Assembly: GCA_012295275.1 (NCBI GenBank)
Contig: CM022670.1
Location: 35,526,001 to 35,590,000 of the forward strand
Origin: Chrysomallon squamiferum
Lineage: Eukaryota > Animalia > Mollusca
Length of the DNA: 64,000 nt
Direction of reading: 5' to 3'
Below, one piece after another: positions 49,294 through 64,000 of the stretch (position 1 is the first letter of the stretch; the number at the start of each line of letters is the position of its first letter). The notes beneath the pieces are model-generated. The model was not told the origin of the DNA. It saw only the letters and a list, made by a program, of their open reading frames with translations, and ran no database searches. A program made the position numbers and the translations under genes.

Positions 49294-50005
49294 CTGAAAA
49301 AGGATACTATATTCAGTTTAAAGAACCTTTTAACTATAATACCAGTTAAATTAAAGTAATACTTTACTTGGTCATTCTAAAGATCTAACTAATTCCATTT
49401 ATTAATTTTGTAGCTCTAGTCTTAAGTTTTAACTAACCTCTCTAAATTATTTTCAACGAATGGGACAAAACCTTTGATTCAGTGGATATTTTTAACATCT
49501 TTATATGTATATATAAATTATTATTATATTTATTTTATTTTTATTAAAAGAACTTTACTGGAAGAAGAATTCTTTAAAGATTATTTTAATTATTTTATAG
49601 CTTTCTGTATAACTGATTAAAATTCTAATATAATTTAAGAGGCGAAATGTTAAATTTGTGCACCTCCAGTAATAAACACTAGATATGCTATACAACACAT
49701 ATGCACTTATCTATAGATCAAAATATTAAAACAGTGTCGATAAAATTAAAATAGTGTACCATAATGTTAAAAAATTAAACAAAAACTTACATAAATAATA
49801 AGATATATTTAGCATTTTTTCTTGGAATTTTATGCTTTTACTATCTTTTTATTATTGTTTTATTATTATTATCTATTGACTAGTTTATTGATTTATGGAT
49901 TTACTTATTAATATTATTATCATTAGCATCATCATTGTTATGATTATCATCAGCAGCAGCATCTTGTCCTCCTCATCATTATTATCATTTTACATTCTTA
50001 GAACA

Positions 50006-53235
<3,230 letters not shown>

Positions 53236-54122
53236 ATCAGGAGTTTCTTGTGCAATATGTCTATAGCTGAAGGACTAAAAAATATAAACTTCTAACAATA
53301 AGATGTTTTTCTTGGCAGTCTAGAATCTGGTCTAAAATAATAGTTTTGTTTGACAGATATTTCAATCATTGCTGATTTTTCTTGTTATGGTTATTGATAG
53401 TTTATTCTATTCAGAAAAAATCACCTCTGTTGAAAGTATTAATGTGGTGTAATTCATATTTCGTGTTTTCATTTTGATTGTGACATCACTGTTTCAGTTC
53501 TAGAAACGAAGTATATAAAATAATTAGATTAATCATTTAGTCTCAGAATTCAAAATTAATTGTTATGAAGTATTATCAAGATTTAAGAATGACTAACACA
53601 AAATAATGTTGATAACAACTGTAATAATTGACCTATGAAACGAAATACAGTTATAACACAATACGTTTACAACTGCTTCAGCGTTTTTATTTTTTTTTTT
53701 TTTTTTTCCAAGCAAACAGAAAGCGACACAAGACAACACACAATATTAAAAATAGTTCTTAAAAAGAAACAAAATAAAAGGAACAGAGAACAATTAAAAT
53801 GTTTGGACAAACTGATGTCATTTCGGTGGCCATTACAAAATATAGATACCTCGTTATGTTTTTTAAAATCATAATGTGAAATGTATTTTTCATAATAGAT
53901 TATCTTTACAGATAATTTATAGCTGACATTAAAGTTAAACCTTTTATTAAAACAAACAAAATAAAACAGGGAAAAAGACAACACTCGAGCGACGGCTGGT
54001 GTACACAAAGCAGTTTTCCGATTCTTTTTCTTCTGTAACTGACAGTGTGAGTTTTACTTTAAAACAGAAAAACAAAAGCATCGCGTTTAGTCCATATTCC
54101 GGATCGGGTCAGTTAACTATTT

Positions 54123-54513
54123 CTATGCAGTTGGAACACATTTCGTTTGTTCTGCGACCTTCTGAGTGCTCGATTTGGGTTTACCCTTCAAGACATCGAA
54201 TTTTCCTAATTTGACTTCGGTCTCAATTTTCTTAGCTTCGGGGGTGTCCATGGCAACGCAGTACATATCCACTTTTCTTTCAGCTGTTGTTGGGGCCTTG
54301 CATTTGCTTGGACATTCTTTGATTGGCAGAAGAGAGAAGCAAATCTGTTTGGTCTTCTTCAAGATTTTGATCAGAGTCGTCTGAGAAATGACGCATGTTT
54401 CTGAAATATTTTCAAATAACATGATCAGAAACTTTTGTCTGACTATAATATGAAAAACATATTTCTAGGGTAGGAAAATGAAAGAAAGTATCAGTTAGAA
54501 GCTATCATCATCA

Positions 54514-54611
<98 letters not shown>

Positions 54612-56569
54612 GTTTACTTTCGTGTTGCTCGTTATTAAATAGATTTTTTGGTTTCAAAAATAAAAACGAACTAACCAGCATGCTCGGTGGGGTAGGAGTT
54701 GGCGTATTTGCGATGAATTTTCTCATGGTGGCACTGTGGTTCTGGAATGAGGTAGCTGGACACGAAGGGAGTGGGGACAGTATACACGTTACCCTTTGGT
54801 CCTTCGTATTCGGCTATCCACTGACCGTCAAAGTTACTGCACAAACCACAAGTCTTTTTTCTGAAAACTGGGGACACCTGTTTTGACATGAAAAACAAAA
54901 TATGGTTCATCAAAAGTTTGTAAAATATGATTTTGGGGAGGATTATTGGTTTGATTTTTTTCATTTTTTACTTTTTAAATTATTATTTAAATGTTTTGTA
55001 AAAATTAGTTTTTATTATTATTAATATTTATTTATTTTCTTTTTGTTATTTATTTTTCTTGGTTTTCTTACAACAATATGTCTTAACTGTATAAATCACA
55101 AAATAACAATGAGCTCTCCTACAAGCAATCACAGTATCAAAATACCATAAACGCCAAGAAAAATATAACTGGTATATAATTCAATTATAGACAGTGTATA
55201 ATGAATATAGATTTGTTTATGATAACTGTATAAAATATGAATGTTTAATAGTGAATTATTATTCTGTGGGCAATATATTCTGAGATTTTATACCACAGAT
55301 CTGATAATATAAAAGCTAGTTACTCTATAAAACAATTCAGGGATCATAAATAATATTTCATTATATTTTTCAAAGAAGCAATAACTCACATGAGTTTTAA
55401 CGTAATCGCCGTTTGGTAAGTATTTGTAAACCAATCAAAGGAAGCTCCACCCACAAGAATCTATCAACATATATCTTCAAGGCAACGGCTTTGCTGTACA
55501 GAAAGAAAGATTATACATTTAATGTTTTATAACAATTAAAACAAAGATTATGCCTTTCATATATTATAGACTTAATGTTTCATAATTGTTAAACAAAGAT
55601 TATACGTTTAATATAGCATACGTTTAATTTTTTCTATCTATTAAAATAAAATTTATTTATTTAACGCTGTAAATGTATTAAAATAGAGGCTGTGCGTTTA
55701 ATATATTATACTTTTAATGTTTCTTATCTATTAAACGAAAGGATATGTTTTTAATACATGGTACATTTAATGTTTCGTATCTATGTAAAACAAAGATGAA
55801 ACTAAAATACAAGATAGTAATAATAATGTACGTAAAAACTCACATGCCGTAGGTGAGTGCCTTTTCAATGATAACGGGTTTGCCTGGTTCTACTGTTTGT
55901 ACGGCATTGTTAATCATCACTATGAACGTGGATCCTGAGGGAACGACGTCAACAACCCAATATTGGGCCATTATTTGCAGAGCCTGGGATGAAAAAAGTA
56001 TGACGACGTGGTTTTAGCCATTCGTGCCAGAAAATGTTTTCTTTCACCGAGCTACTGTCTGTGCTTACTGATGACGAAAACTAGAAAAGATATTTAAACT
56101 CGGTCATACCTGCATGTCCTCAGCGTCACCAAAATATCGGTTAAAAATAATTCATTTTAGGACAAGTCGATAAAACATCTCAGTAGTAATAATAAACTGA
56201 CGTTTTTGTTGTCTGTTTGTTTCTAACAAGAAGCTGGTGTGTAGGTTCCTGTACACATGTACATCATGCGTGACTGTGATAAAAATAGTCACCTATTAAT
56301 GTGTGTGTGTGTGTGTATGTGTGTGTGTGTCTGAACTTTTTAAATATAATGCTAATTAAATTTTAAAAATATTTGCCCTGGTCATTTTAACCGAAGACAC
56401 ACAAATAAGTTCATTTATTAATTAATAACTACTCTCTATTGTTTTTGACCAAATGGAAGAAAACCTTCAAAACTGTGTGCGTCTATATATATTTATATTA
56501 ATATTAATATTATATATATATATATATGTATGTATTGTTATTAATATTAATATTTTTTTCATTATTATG

Positions 56570-56616
<47 letters not shown>

Positions 56617-57881
56617 ACTTCTTGGTAAAATTTCTCAGTATCCCAGTGGACCAGTTAGTGATCAAGAGTTATAATCGAAATGCTAATTACATATTTAAGA
56701 AAGTAGGTTAGTATCTGATCCTATTCTATCCATGTACACATGTACGGTGTACTACGGTAATTTTATCATATCGATACTGTTACGAGATTTATGTCTACTT
56801 AGATTACAAGGAAGATAGCAGTCTGTTTACACATGAGACCCGGGTTGTACTTCTTGTAACTGTAGACCGTGTTCATATAGTTTATGCTACATCTTTAGAC
56901 TGGAAAGAGCTATAGAAAGATTTTGAGAAAGCTTCCGACAAATAACTTAGTTGGTAAATGTCGGTTATTTAAAAAAAATAATAATTAAACTGTAGTAAAT
57001 GTATGTATATATATTAGTTATAATAATAACAATAATTATTATTATTATTATAATTATTATTATTATTATAATTATTATTATTATTATTATAATTATTATT
57101 ATAATTATTATTATTATAATTATCATTATTATTATAATTATTATTATTAATGTAATTTCTCAGTATTCCTGTGGACCAGTTGGTGGATGGATGGAAGACT
57201 CTTTTTACGTGCCCACGTCCAATTCAAGGTTCAGGCACGCCTATCACGGATCCGAAATGCTATTTATAGACTGATATTTAAGAAATTAAGTTAGTACCTG
57301 ATCCTGATCTATCTCTATACACATATACTCCTTGGACGGCGATTGTGATAAAAACTGTCTTAGTACTGCAAGTTACATTTAGATTTTCAAAAAACTTGCT
57401 GTGGTTATAAGAAAACACACAAGGTGATGTGTAAGAATTGCCAGAAAGTCATTCTGATTTTATTTCTTCATTCGGATTTCTAATAAATAATTCCTTTGGC
57501 AGCGCATAATTTAAATAAGTTACTTTGTAATTTAATATAGAGCAGCCGTCAAAACGAAGATTCTTTTTCTTACCTTTAACCGGTGAATGACTGTAATTTT
57601 ATCATATGTATACTGTTACGAGATTTAACTGTACTTAGATTACAGGGAAAATAAATCAAGGCAAGGCTGTACATGTAAGTCGTGTGACGGTTGTGCTTGT
57701 TCGTAAAGAGAGTATTCAGATAGTTTTTTTGTAATCTTTCTATTTGAACGAGCTGTAGAAAGATTTTGAGATAACTGTCGTGATATAACTGGGAGGGTAA
57801 CATGAGTATGTAAGAGAGTTGTAGATGGTTTTCTGATAAAAACTGTTACGGAGATTTTCTTAAATACAACATTAAAACACC

Positions 57882-57948
<67 letters not shown>

Positions 57949-58449
57949 TTCTTATTATTTATTTGATATTTTTTATTGTTATCACTATAACTATATTTTA
58001 TTTATTTAGTCATTAAAATGTTTTCTTTTCATTATTATTTTTATTTTACTATATTTTTAAATCAAAATAATTTAACTCCAAATTCAAAATTTCGTCTACT
58101 TTAAATATAAAATATGGATACGATATAAAATACACTTATGAATCAGTAAAAAAAAAATGTGAAACAAATCTATAGCATATAAAAGTTTATATCTTGTAAA
58201 ATGTAATCCAAAATTCATTTACATTTAAAAAATTAATCATTACTACGTGTATTATTAACATCTTCTTAGCAGAGATTTTCAGAATAGATATTTTTACTCA
58301 CCTGTACCCTGACGACCGCGGCAGTGTGGAATTGTACCCGTGCAAATGCTTTAATTTTCAGTCCAGAATAAACTTTGCTTAATCCGGGCAATCCTGAGAC
58401 AGTTTGAGTTTCATACTGGTAGACATATTCCCGCTGGGGTTTTTGAAAG
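54123..58449 (-). pseudogene. vtg: Vitellogenin pseudogene: one N-terminal exon plus last four exons, central region missing
   Basis: Minus-strand GT-AG exons: 58449-58302 (FQKPQREYVYQYETQTVSGLPGLSKVYSGLKIKAFARVQF, Vitellogenin_N start), 55983-55844 (ALQIMAQYWVVDVVPSGSTFIVMINN…), 55493-55390 (…LPLIGLQILT[NGDYVKTH], +1 frameshift), 54877-54676 (VSPVFRKKTCGLCSNFDGQ…EYEGP, VWD), 54400-54123 (TLIK…QICFSLLPIKECP…KVDMYC…TKCVPTA*, Cys-rich vitellogenin C-terminus). Phases of the last four exons are compatible apart from the frameshift. Confidence 0.8.
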
Positions 58450-58875
58450 CTGCAATATTTCGATAGCTGTATTATAATTCGTCACTGTTCAGCAGTGCTA
58501 GTTTATTTTAGATGCTGGAAAAATAGTGATACTGAAAACTCAAACTAAAACATTATGAGCATCAGGCATTAAACCAAAAGAATAATTATTTATTTTAATA
58601 CTTACTTATTTACTTAGCAATTATATTTTTATTTACTTACTTATCTCAGTTTTAATTTACTTATTTGCTCATTTATTTCTTTTTTTATTTATTTGTTCTC
58701 TCGATCGGTGAATTGCTGTAGTTATCGTCCTTTTTCGAAGAATATTGTAAGAATTTTCAAGAAGTCGTTCTATTCTTATTTTTTTCATTCGAATTTCTAA
58801 CAAATAATTGGTTTAACAGCGGATATTGTAGGTAAGTTATTTTATAGTTTAATATAAAGAAGCCGCCAAAATATC

Positions 58876-58910
58876 GTTAGTATAATCAGAATGTTTAAAT
58901 TATGCGAGCC

Positions 58911-58996
<86 letters not shown>

Positions 58997-59463
58997 CGTT
59001 AAAAAAAAAAACAATTATTGTCTGTTGTCTAAGAAAAGTAATTACTACACTTTCGCTCTTCGTAAAACTTTTGCGTGCTAATCAAAACGGTTAATAGGTA
59101 TCACAACTGTCTTAAAAGCCACTTTCATCATTCCATAAGATATATTTCATTTATCAACTAGAAGAGAAAGAATACAGTTTCAAAACCGAAAGCAGGGAAT
59201 AGGATATATACTATGTAATTTTGGATCGTGTAACGTTAGACTTCCTATTTATTCAGAAAACAGATGTAGTACCCTCGGAATTGCATTACTAATAATTTTA
59301 ACGTTTCTCATTTCATTTTATTTACAGAACAGTTCCATATCTTCTTGATCCGGCACATCCATTCATGAATGTTGCACCGAGTCCAGAAGAGGCTGTTACT
59401 ATATGCAGGGAAGCAAAAGAACTCCTCGACAACTGGGATCACATATTTCCACGAGCGAAATAA
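58876..59463 (+). pseudogene. Orphan OAS intron 4 plus exon 5
   Basis: Intron-4 donor 'cgttagtataat', (AG)n, then exon 5 at 59328-59463 (TVPYLLDPAHPFMNVAPSP…IFPRAK*). No upstream OAS exons. Confidence 0.8.
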
Positions 59464-60581
59464 TCAGGAGTTTCTTGTGCAATGTGATTACATCAGAAGG
59501 ACTGAAAAATATAAACTTTTCACAATAAGATCCATTTCTGGCAGTCTAGAATCTAGTAAACAAATACGTGACTGTTAAAATAACAGTTTTATTTCACAGA
59601 GATGGCAATCATTGCTGACATTTCTTCTTATAATTATTGATAGTTTACTTAAATCAGAACAAATCAGTTCTATTGAATGATCAAGAAAGTATTAATGTGG
59701 TGTAATTCATATTTCATTTGTGTTCTCCTTTTGATTGTAACATCACTGTTTCAGTTCTAGAAACGAAGTATCTAAAATAATTAGATTAATCATTTAGTAT
59801 CGCGAATTAAAATTAATTACTTTTGAAGTATTATCAAGATTTAAGAATGATTAACACAAAATAATGTTGATAACAACTGTAATAATTAATCTTTAAAACG
59901 AAATATAGTTATAACACAATACGTTTTCACTTGCTTCAGCGTTTTTATTTTTAAATTTTTAAGCAACACAGAAAGCGACAAAACACAACACACCCAACAT
60001 TAAAAACAATTTTTTTAAAGAAACGCGGTAAAAGGAACAGTCAACAATTTAAAATATTGGACAAACTGATATGTCATTTCGGTGGCCATTACAAAACATA
60101 GATACCTCGTTATGTTTATAAAATCATCATGTGAAATGTATTTTTCAGAATGCATTGTCTTTACATATAAATTTAACTGACGTTACAAGTGACACCATTT
60201 ATAAAAACAAACAATACAAAACAGGAAAAAGACACTCTAGCGACGACTGGTGTACACTAACAACAATTTTGAAATACGTTTTCTTCTGTAGCTAACAGTC
60301 TGAATTTTATTTAAGAAAAGAAAAACAAAAGTAATGTGTTTAGTCCATATTCCGGATCCGGTCGGTTAACAATTTCTGTGCAGTTGGAACACATTTCGTT
60401 TGTTCTGCAACATTCTGAGTGATGGATTTGGGTTTACCCTTCCGAAATTGACTTCAGTATCAATTTTCTTAGCTTCGGAAGACCCAAACAACTTCATCTA
60501 TTAATTAATCACCATTCTGTATTGTCTTTGACCAAATGGAACAAAACCTTAAATCCCTTATTTTATGCGTATATATATATG

Positions 60582-60632
<51 letters not shown>

Positions 60633-60688
60633 TATACATTATTATTAATATTCATATTTTCATTATTATTATTATTATCAATATTATT

Positions 60689-60721
<33 letters not shown>

Positions 60722-62763
60722 AAAATTTTTTGTTGAAATTTCTCAGTATCCCAGTGGACCAGTTGGTGATCAACAGTTATATTCGAAATGCTATTTATAG
60801 ACTGATGTTTAACAAAGTAGGTTAGTACCTGATACCACTCTATCTCTGTACACATGTACACCTTGCACGACTGTGATAAAAACTGTCACCTATTAATACT
60901 ATCTTAGTACTCCAAGTTTGATTGTCCTGAAAACCTTGATCTAGTTATCGCCCCTTTTCGAAGAAAAACCAACAACATGACGTGTAAGAATTTTCAGGAA
61001 GTGGTTCTATTTTCATTTCTTAATTCGGATTTCTGACAATAATTTTACGTAAGTTATTTTGTACTTTAACAAATAGTAGGCGACAAAACAAAGATATATT
61101 CACTTACCGTTAACAGGCGAACTGTTGTAATTTTATAAGATCTATACTGTCACGAGATTTAACTCTACTTCGATTACAGGAGAGATACAGCAAAACAGTC
61201 TGTTTACGCAGGAGACACGGATTGTACAGGTAATTGGTATGACGGTTGTGTTTGTTCATAAAGGAAGCATTTAGATAGTTTTTGTTAATATTTAGATCTG
61301 AAATAGCTTCAGATAAATTTTGAGATAAATTCCGAGAAATAACTGAGAGGGTAATAGCCGATATGCGACAGAGTTGTACATGGTTTTCTGAAAGTATTGT
61401 TACGGAGAAAATTTTTAAATACAATATTAAAATACTTTTCTCTTTTTCTTTTTCATTATTTTCTTTTCTTTTAATTTTTCTTCATATGTGTTTATGTATA
61501 TCTGAATGAGAACATCAATACTATAATTTTAATTAAATTATAATAATATTTTACCTGGTCATTTTAACCAAAAAGACCTAAACAAGTGCATTTATTAATC
61601 AAATAGTCATTCTGTATTCTTTCTCTGTCAAATGGAACAAAATCTTTAATCACGGATTTATTTTATGTCAGTATGTGTCTATATAAATATAGATATAGAT
61701 ATAGACACATACACACACACACATACATATACAGACACATTATTATTATTATTATTAATTATTTATTATTCTTTTATCATTTTTTTATTATTATTATTAT
61801 TATTATTGTTATTTTTATTATTATTAATGTACTTCTTGTCAAAATTTCTCAGTATCCCTGTGGACCAGTTAGGGACAACTGTTACAATCGAATTGCTATG
61901 TATAGACTGATTAAGTACGGTTACTACCTTATTCTACCCTATCTCTGTACACATGTACACCTTGCACGACTGTGATAAAAACTGTCACCTATTAATATTA
62001 TCTTAGTACTGCAAGTTACATTCAGACTTTCTAAACACTTGCTCTAATTATCGCCCCTTTTCGAAGAAAAACCAACAACATGACGTCTAAGAATTTCCAA
62101 GAAGTGGTTCTATTTTTATTTCTTAATTCGGATTTCTGATGAATTATTCGTTTGGCAGCGCAAATATTACGTAAGTTATTGAGTACTTTAATATAAAGCA
62201 GCCGCCACAACAAGGATTCATCTGGTTACCGTTAACCGGTGAACTATTGTAATTTTATAATATCTATGATGTCACGAGATTTAACTTTACTCAGATTACA
62301 GGGATGTTACAGTTCTTATATTATACATTTTTTTATTTATTTATTTATTCTTAAACGAACGTTAAAGGAATATGAATTCTATAAAATTATTAAAATTTTA
62401 ACATCGTACGAGTAATGAAACTGTTAACTTTCTGCACCTGCAGTAATAAGCACTAGACATAACTTATATACTCCTGAGTGTGGAACAAAACATTAAAACA
62501 AATAATGTCGATAACATTAAATAACGTACTATCTCCAGAGAATAACTAAGAAATAATTTCGATAACATTAAAATGGCTAAAAACTAAGTAAGCACTTATG
62601 TAAATATATATATTTATTAATTTTGTTTCTACTTTTCTTTTACTGTTTCTTTTTATTGCTATTATTTCATTGTTTTTATACGCTGACTGATTTCTTTATT
62701 TATTATCATCATTATTCTCTCATATTATCATCATCGTCATAATTTTTCTACTTTACCAGAACA

Positions 62764-63818
62764 ATGGGCTTAAGAAATTCCAAGTTAGAAAGATATTTCT
62801 TAGCTGACAGAGAACCCCGTGAAAACATTTACAAGTACATTGACAGAAAGATTCAGCCAGATACTCGTTATCTCGACATGTGTGCCCAGACGGTTGATGA
62901 AGTGGTACAATACCTGTACCAAAACCTTCCGTCTAAACTTCAAGAGGCTCTGTGTGGGAAACTGAGTAGCGCTCAGTTGAAACAAGTCAACGTCAAAGAA
63001 ATTTTGAAGGTACACGCATTTCAAAGTTTTTGTCTTTTTTGTTTTCTTTCTTTTTCTTTTCTTTATCTCATTTTATTTTTTGTAGGGTGATATTTACTTG
63101 TTTGAGATATTAAATACAAACATCATCGATAACAGCGACATCAGTCATGACGATGATGAAAATAATGAAGATGTAATCAGTATACTGTCTTCTACTTATT
63201 GTATAAATTTTGAGTTTATACACACATGCATAGATGTGTGGATACTTGTGTGCAATATATATATATATTATTCTGTATGTGTTGCTGTTTATATTTTTGA
63301 TACACGTATTATAGAGATATATGAACATAGATATAATTATTCAGATACAGAGTGAAACTATTTTCTTCATTATATTTGTAGAAGACGTCTCACCTTTTAC
63401 AGATCGTTAATTGTGAATTAAAACCACTTTTTTATTGTGAAGAATGATATCTACATACTGTTTTATCTTTCATCTTTTCAGAGCGGATCACTTGGCAAAT
63501 CGACTGCCGTGAAAGAAAAATCCGACATTGATTTAATCATTTTCCTGAACGGGATATCCAGTATCAAGGAACTGAGTGAACTAATGCCCAAGATACTGGA
63601 GTGTTTAACAAATATGATATCAGGAATGATGACCAGCAGCAGCAGAGTGAAATGGATTGAAGTCAAACGCGTGACGGAGTATTCTGTTGGTTTCATACTA
63701 ACAACTAGTGACGATTCAAAGATTGATATGGATTTGCTTCCAGCACTGGACATCACGAAGTCAAGTATGTAATTTATTCAAGCTTAACAAAAAAATAATA
63801 ATAATAATAATAATAATA

Positions 63819-63865
<47 letters not shown>

Positions 63866-64000
63866 AATGATGATTTTTTTCTGCACCATTCATTGACAAC
63901 TTTTTTCCCCACAGAATCTTTGAAGGAGATTTACAAAGAAATGGATTCCTGTGATGAAAAACTTCGACGATATTACTCTTCAAGTCTCTCGCCAATTCAA
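62764..64000 (+). CDS. OAS: OAS-like protein, copy G, truncated by window end
   Basis: Exons 62764-63009, 63482-63764 and 63915->64000 are in frame. MGLRNSK start, SGSLGKST..SDIDL and IDMDLLPALD intact. Confidence 0.85.

Noticed and set aside
57185-57252. Short insert with GGAT repeats as a named SINE
   Set aside because: It is too short and has no clear TSD, so it cannot be assigned.
60930-61425. Spacer repeat read as a decayed GPCR (LAVVIVLFRR…TNF…SDF…LTLL…ERY…VC)
   Set aside because: Stops are shared across copies, similarity is weak and no later helices are seen. The promoter/first-exon reading fits the conserved motifs better. An HMM search of the consensus would settle it.

Overview
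AT-rich, microsatellite-rich animal genomic DNA (invertebrate, plausibly lophotrochozoan/mollusc; taxon is inference). The window is a tandem array of 5-exon 2'-5'-oligoadenylate synthetase (OAS)-like genes on the + strand. It has three intact copies with a full catalytic Asp triad (6310-9703, 12320-17504, 21163-24555), one more with the triad that runs off the window (62764->64000), one intact-ORF copy with a DxD->DxA catalytic lesion (50006-53235), and at least five pseudogenes or fragments. Repeat units also carry, tail-to-tail on the - strand, exon remnants of a vitellogenin gene (best preserved at 54123-58449). The spacers hold many copies of a ~130-bp cassette that reads as GAS-CRE-GAS-IRF-Inr followed by a splice donor, a candidate interferon-like promoter plus first exon. 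Insertions include a Ngaro/DIRS-type tyrosine-recombinase element, a Tigger fragment, MULE fragments and a short TSD-flanked retro-insertion. All calls come from manual translation and motif recognition; no database searches were run.
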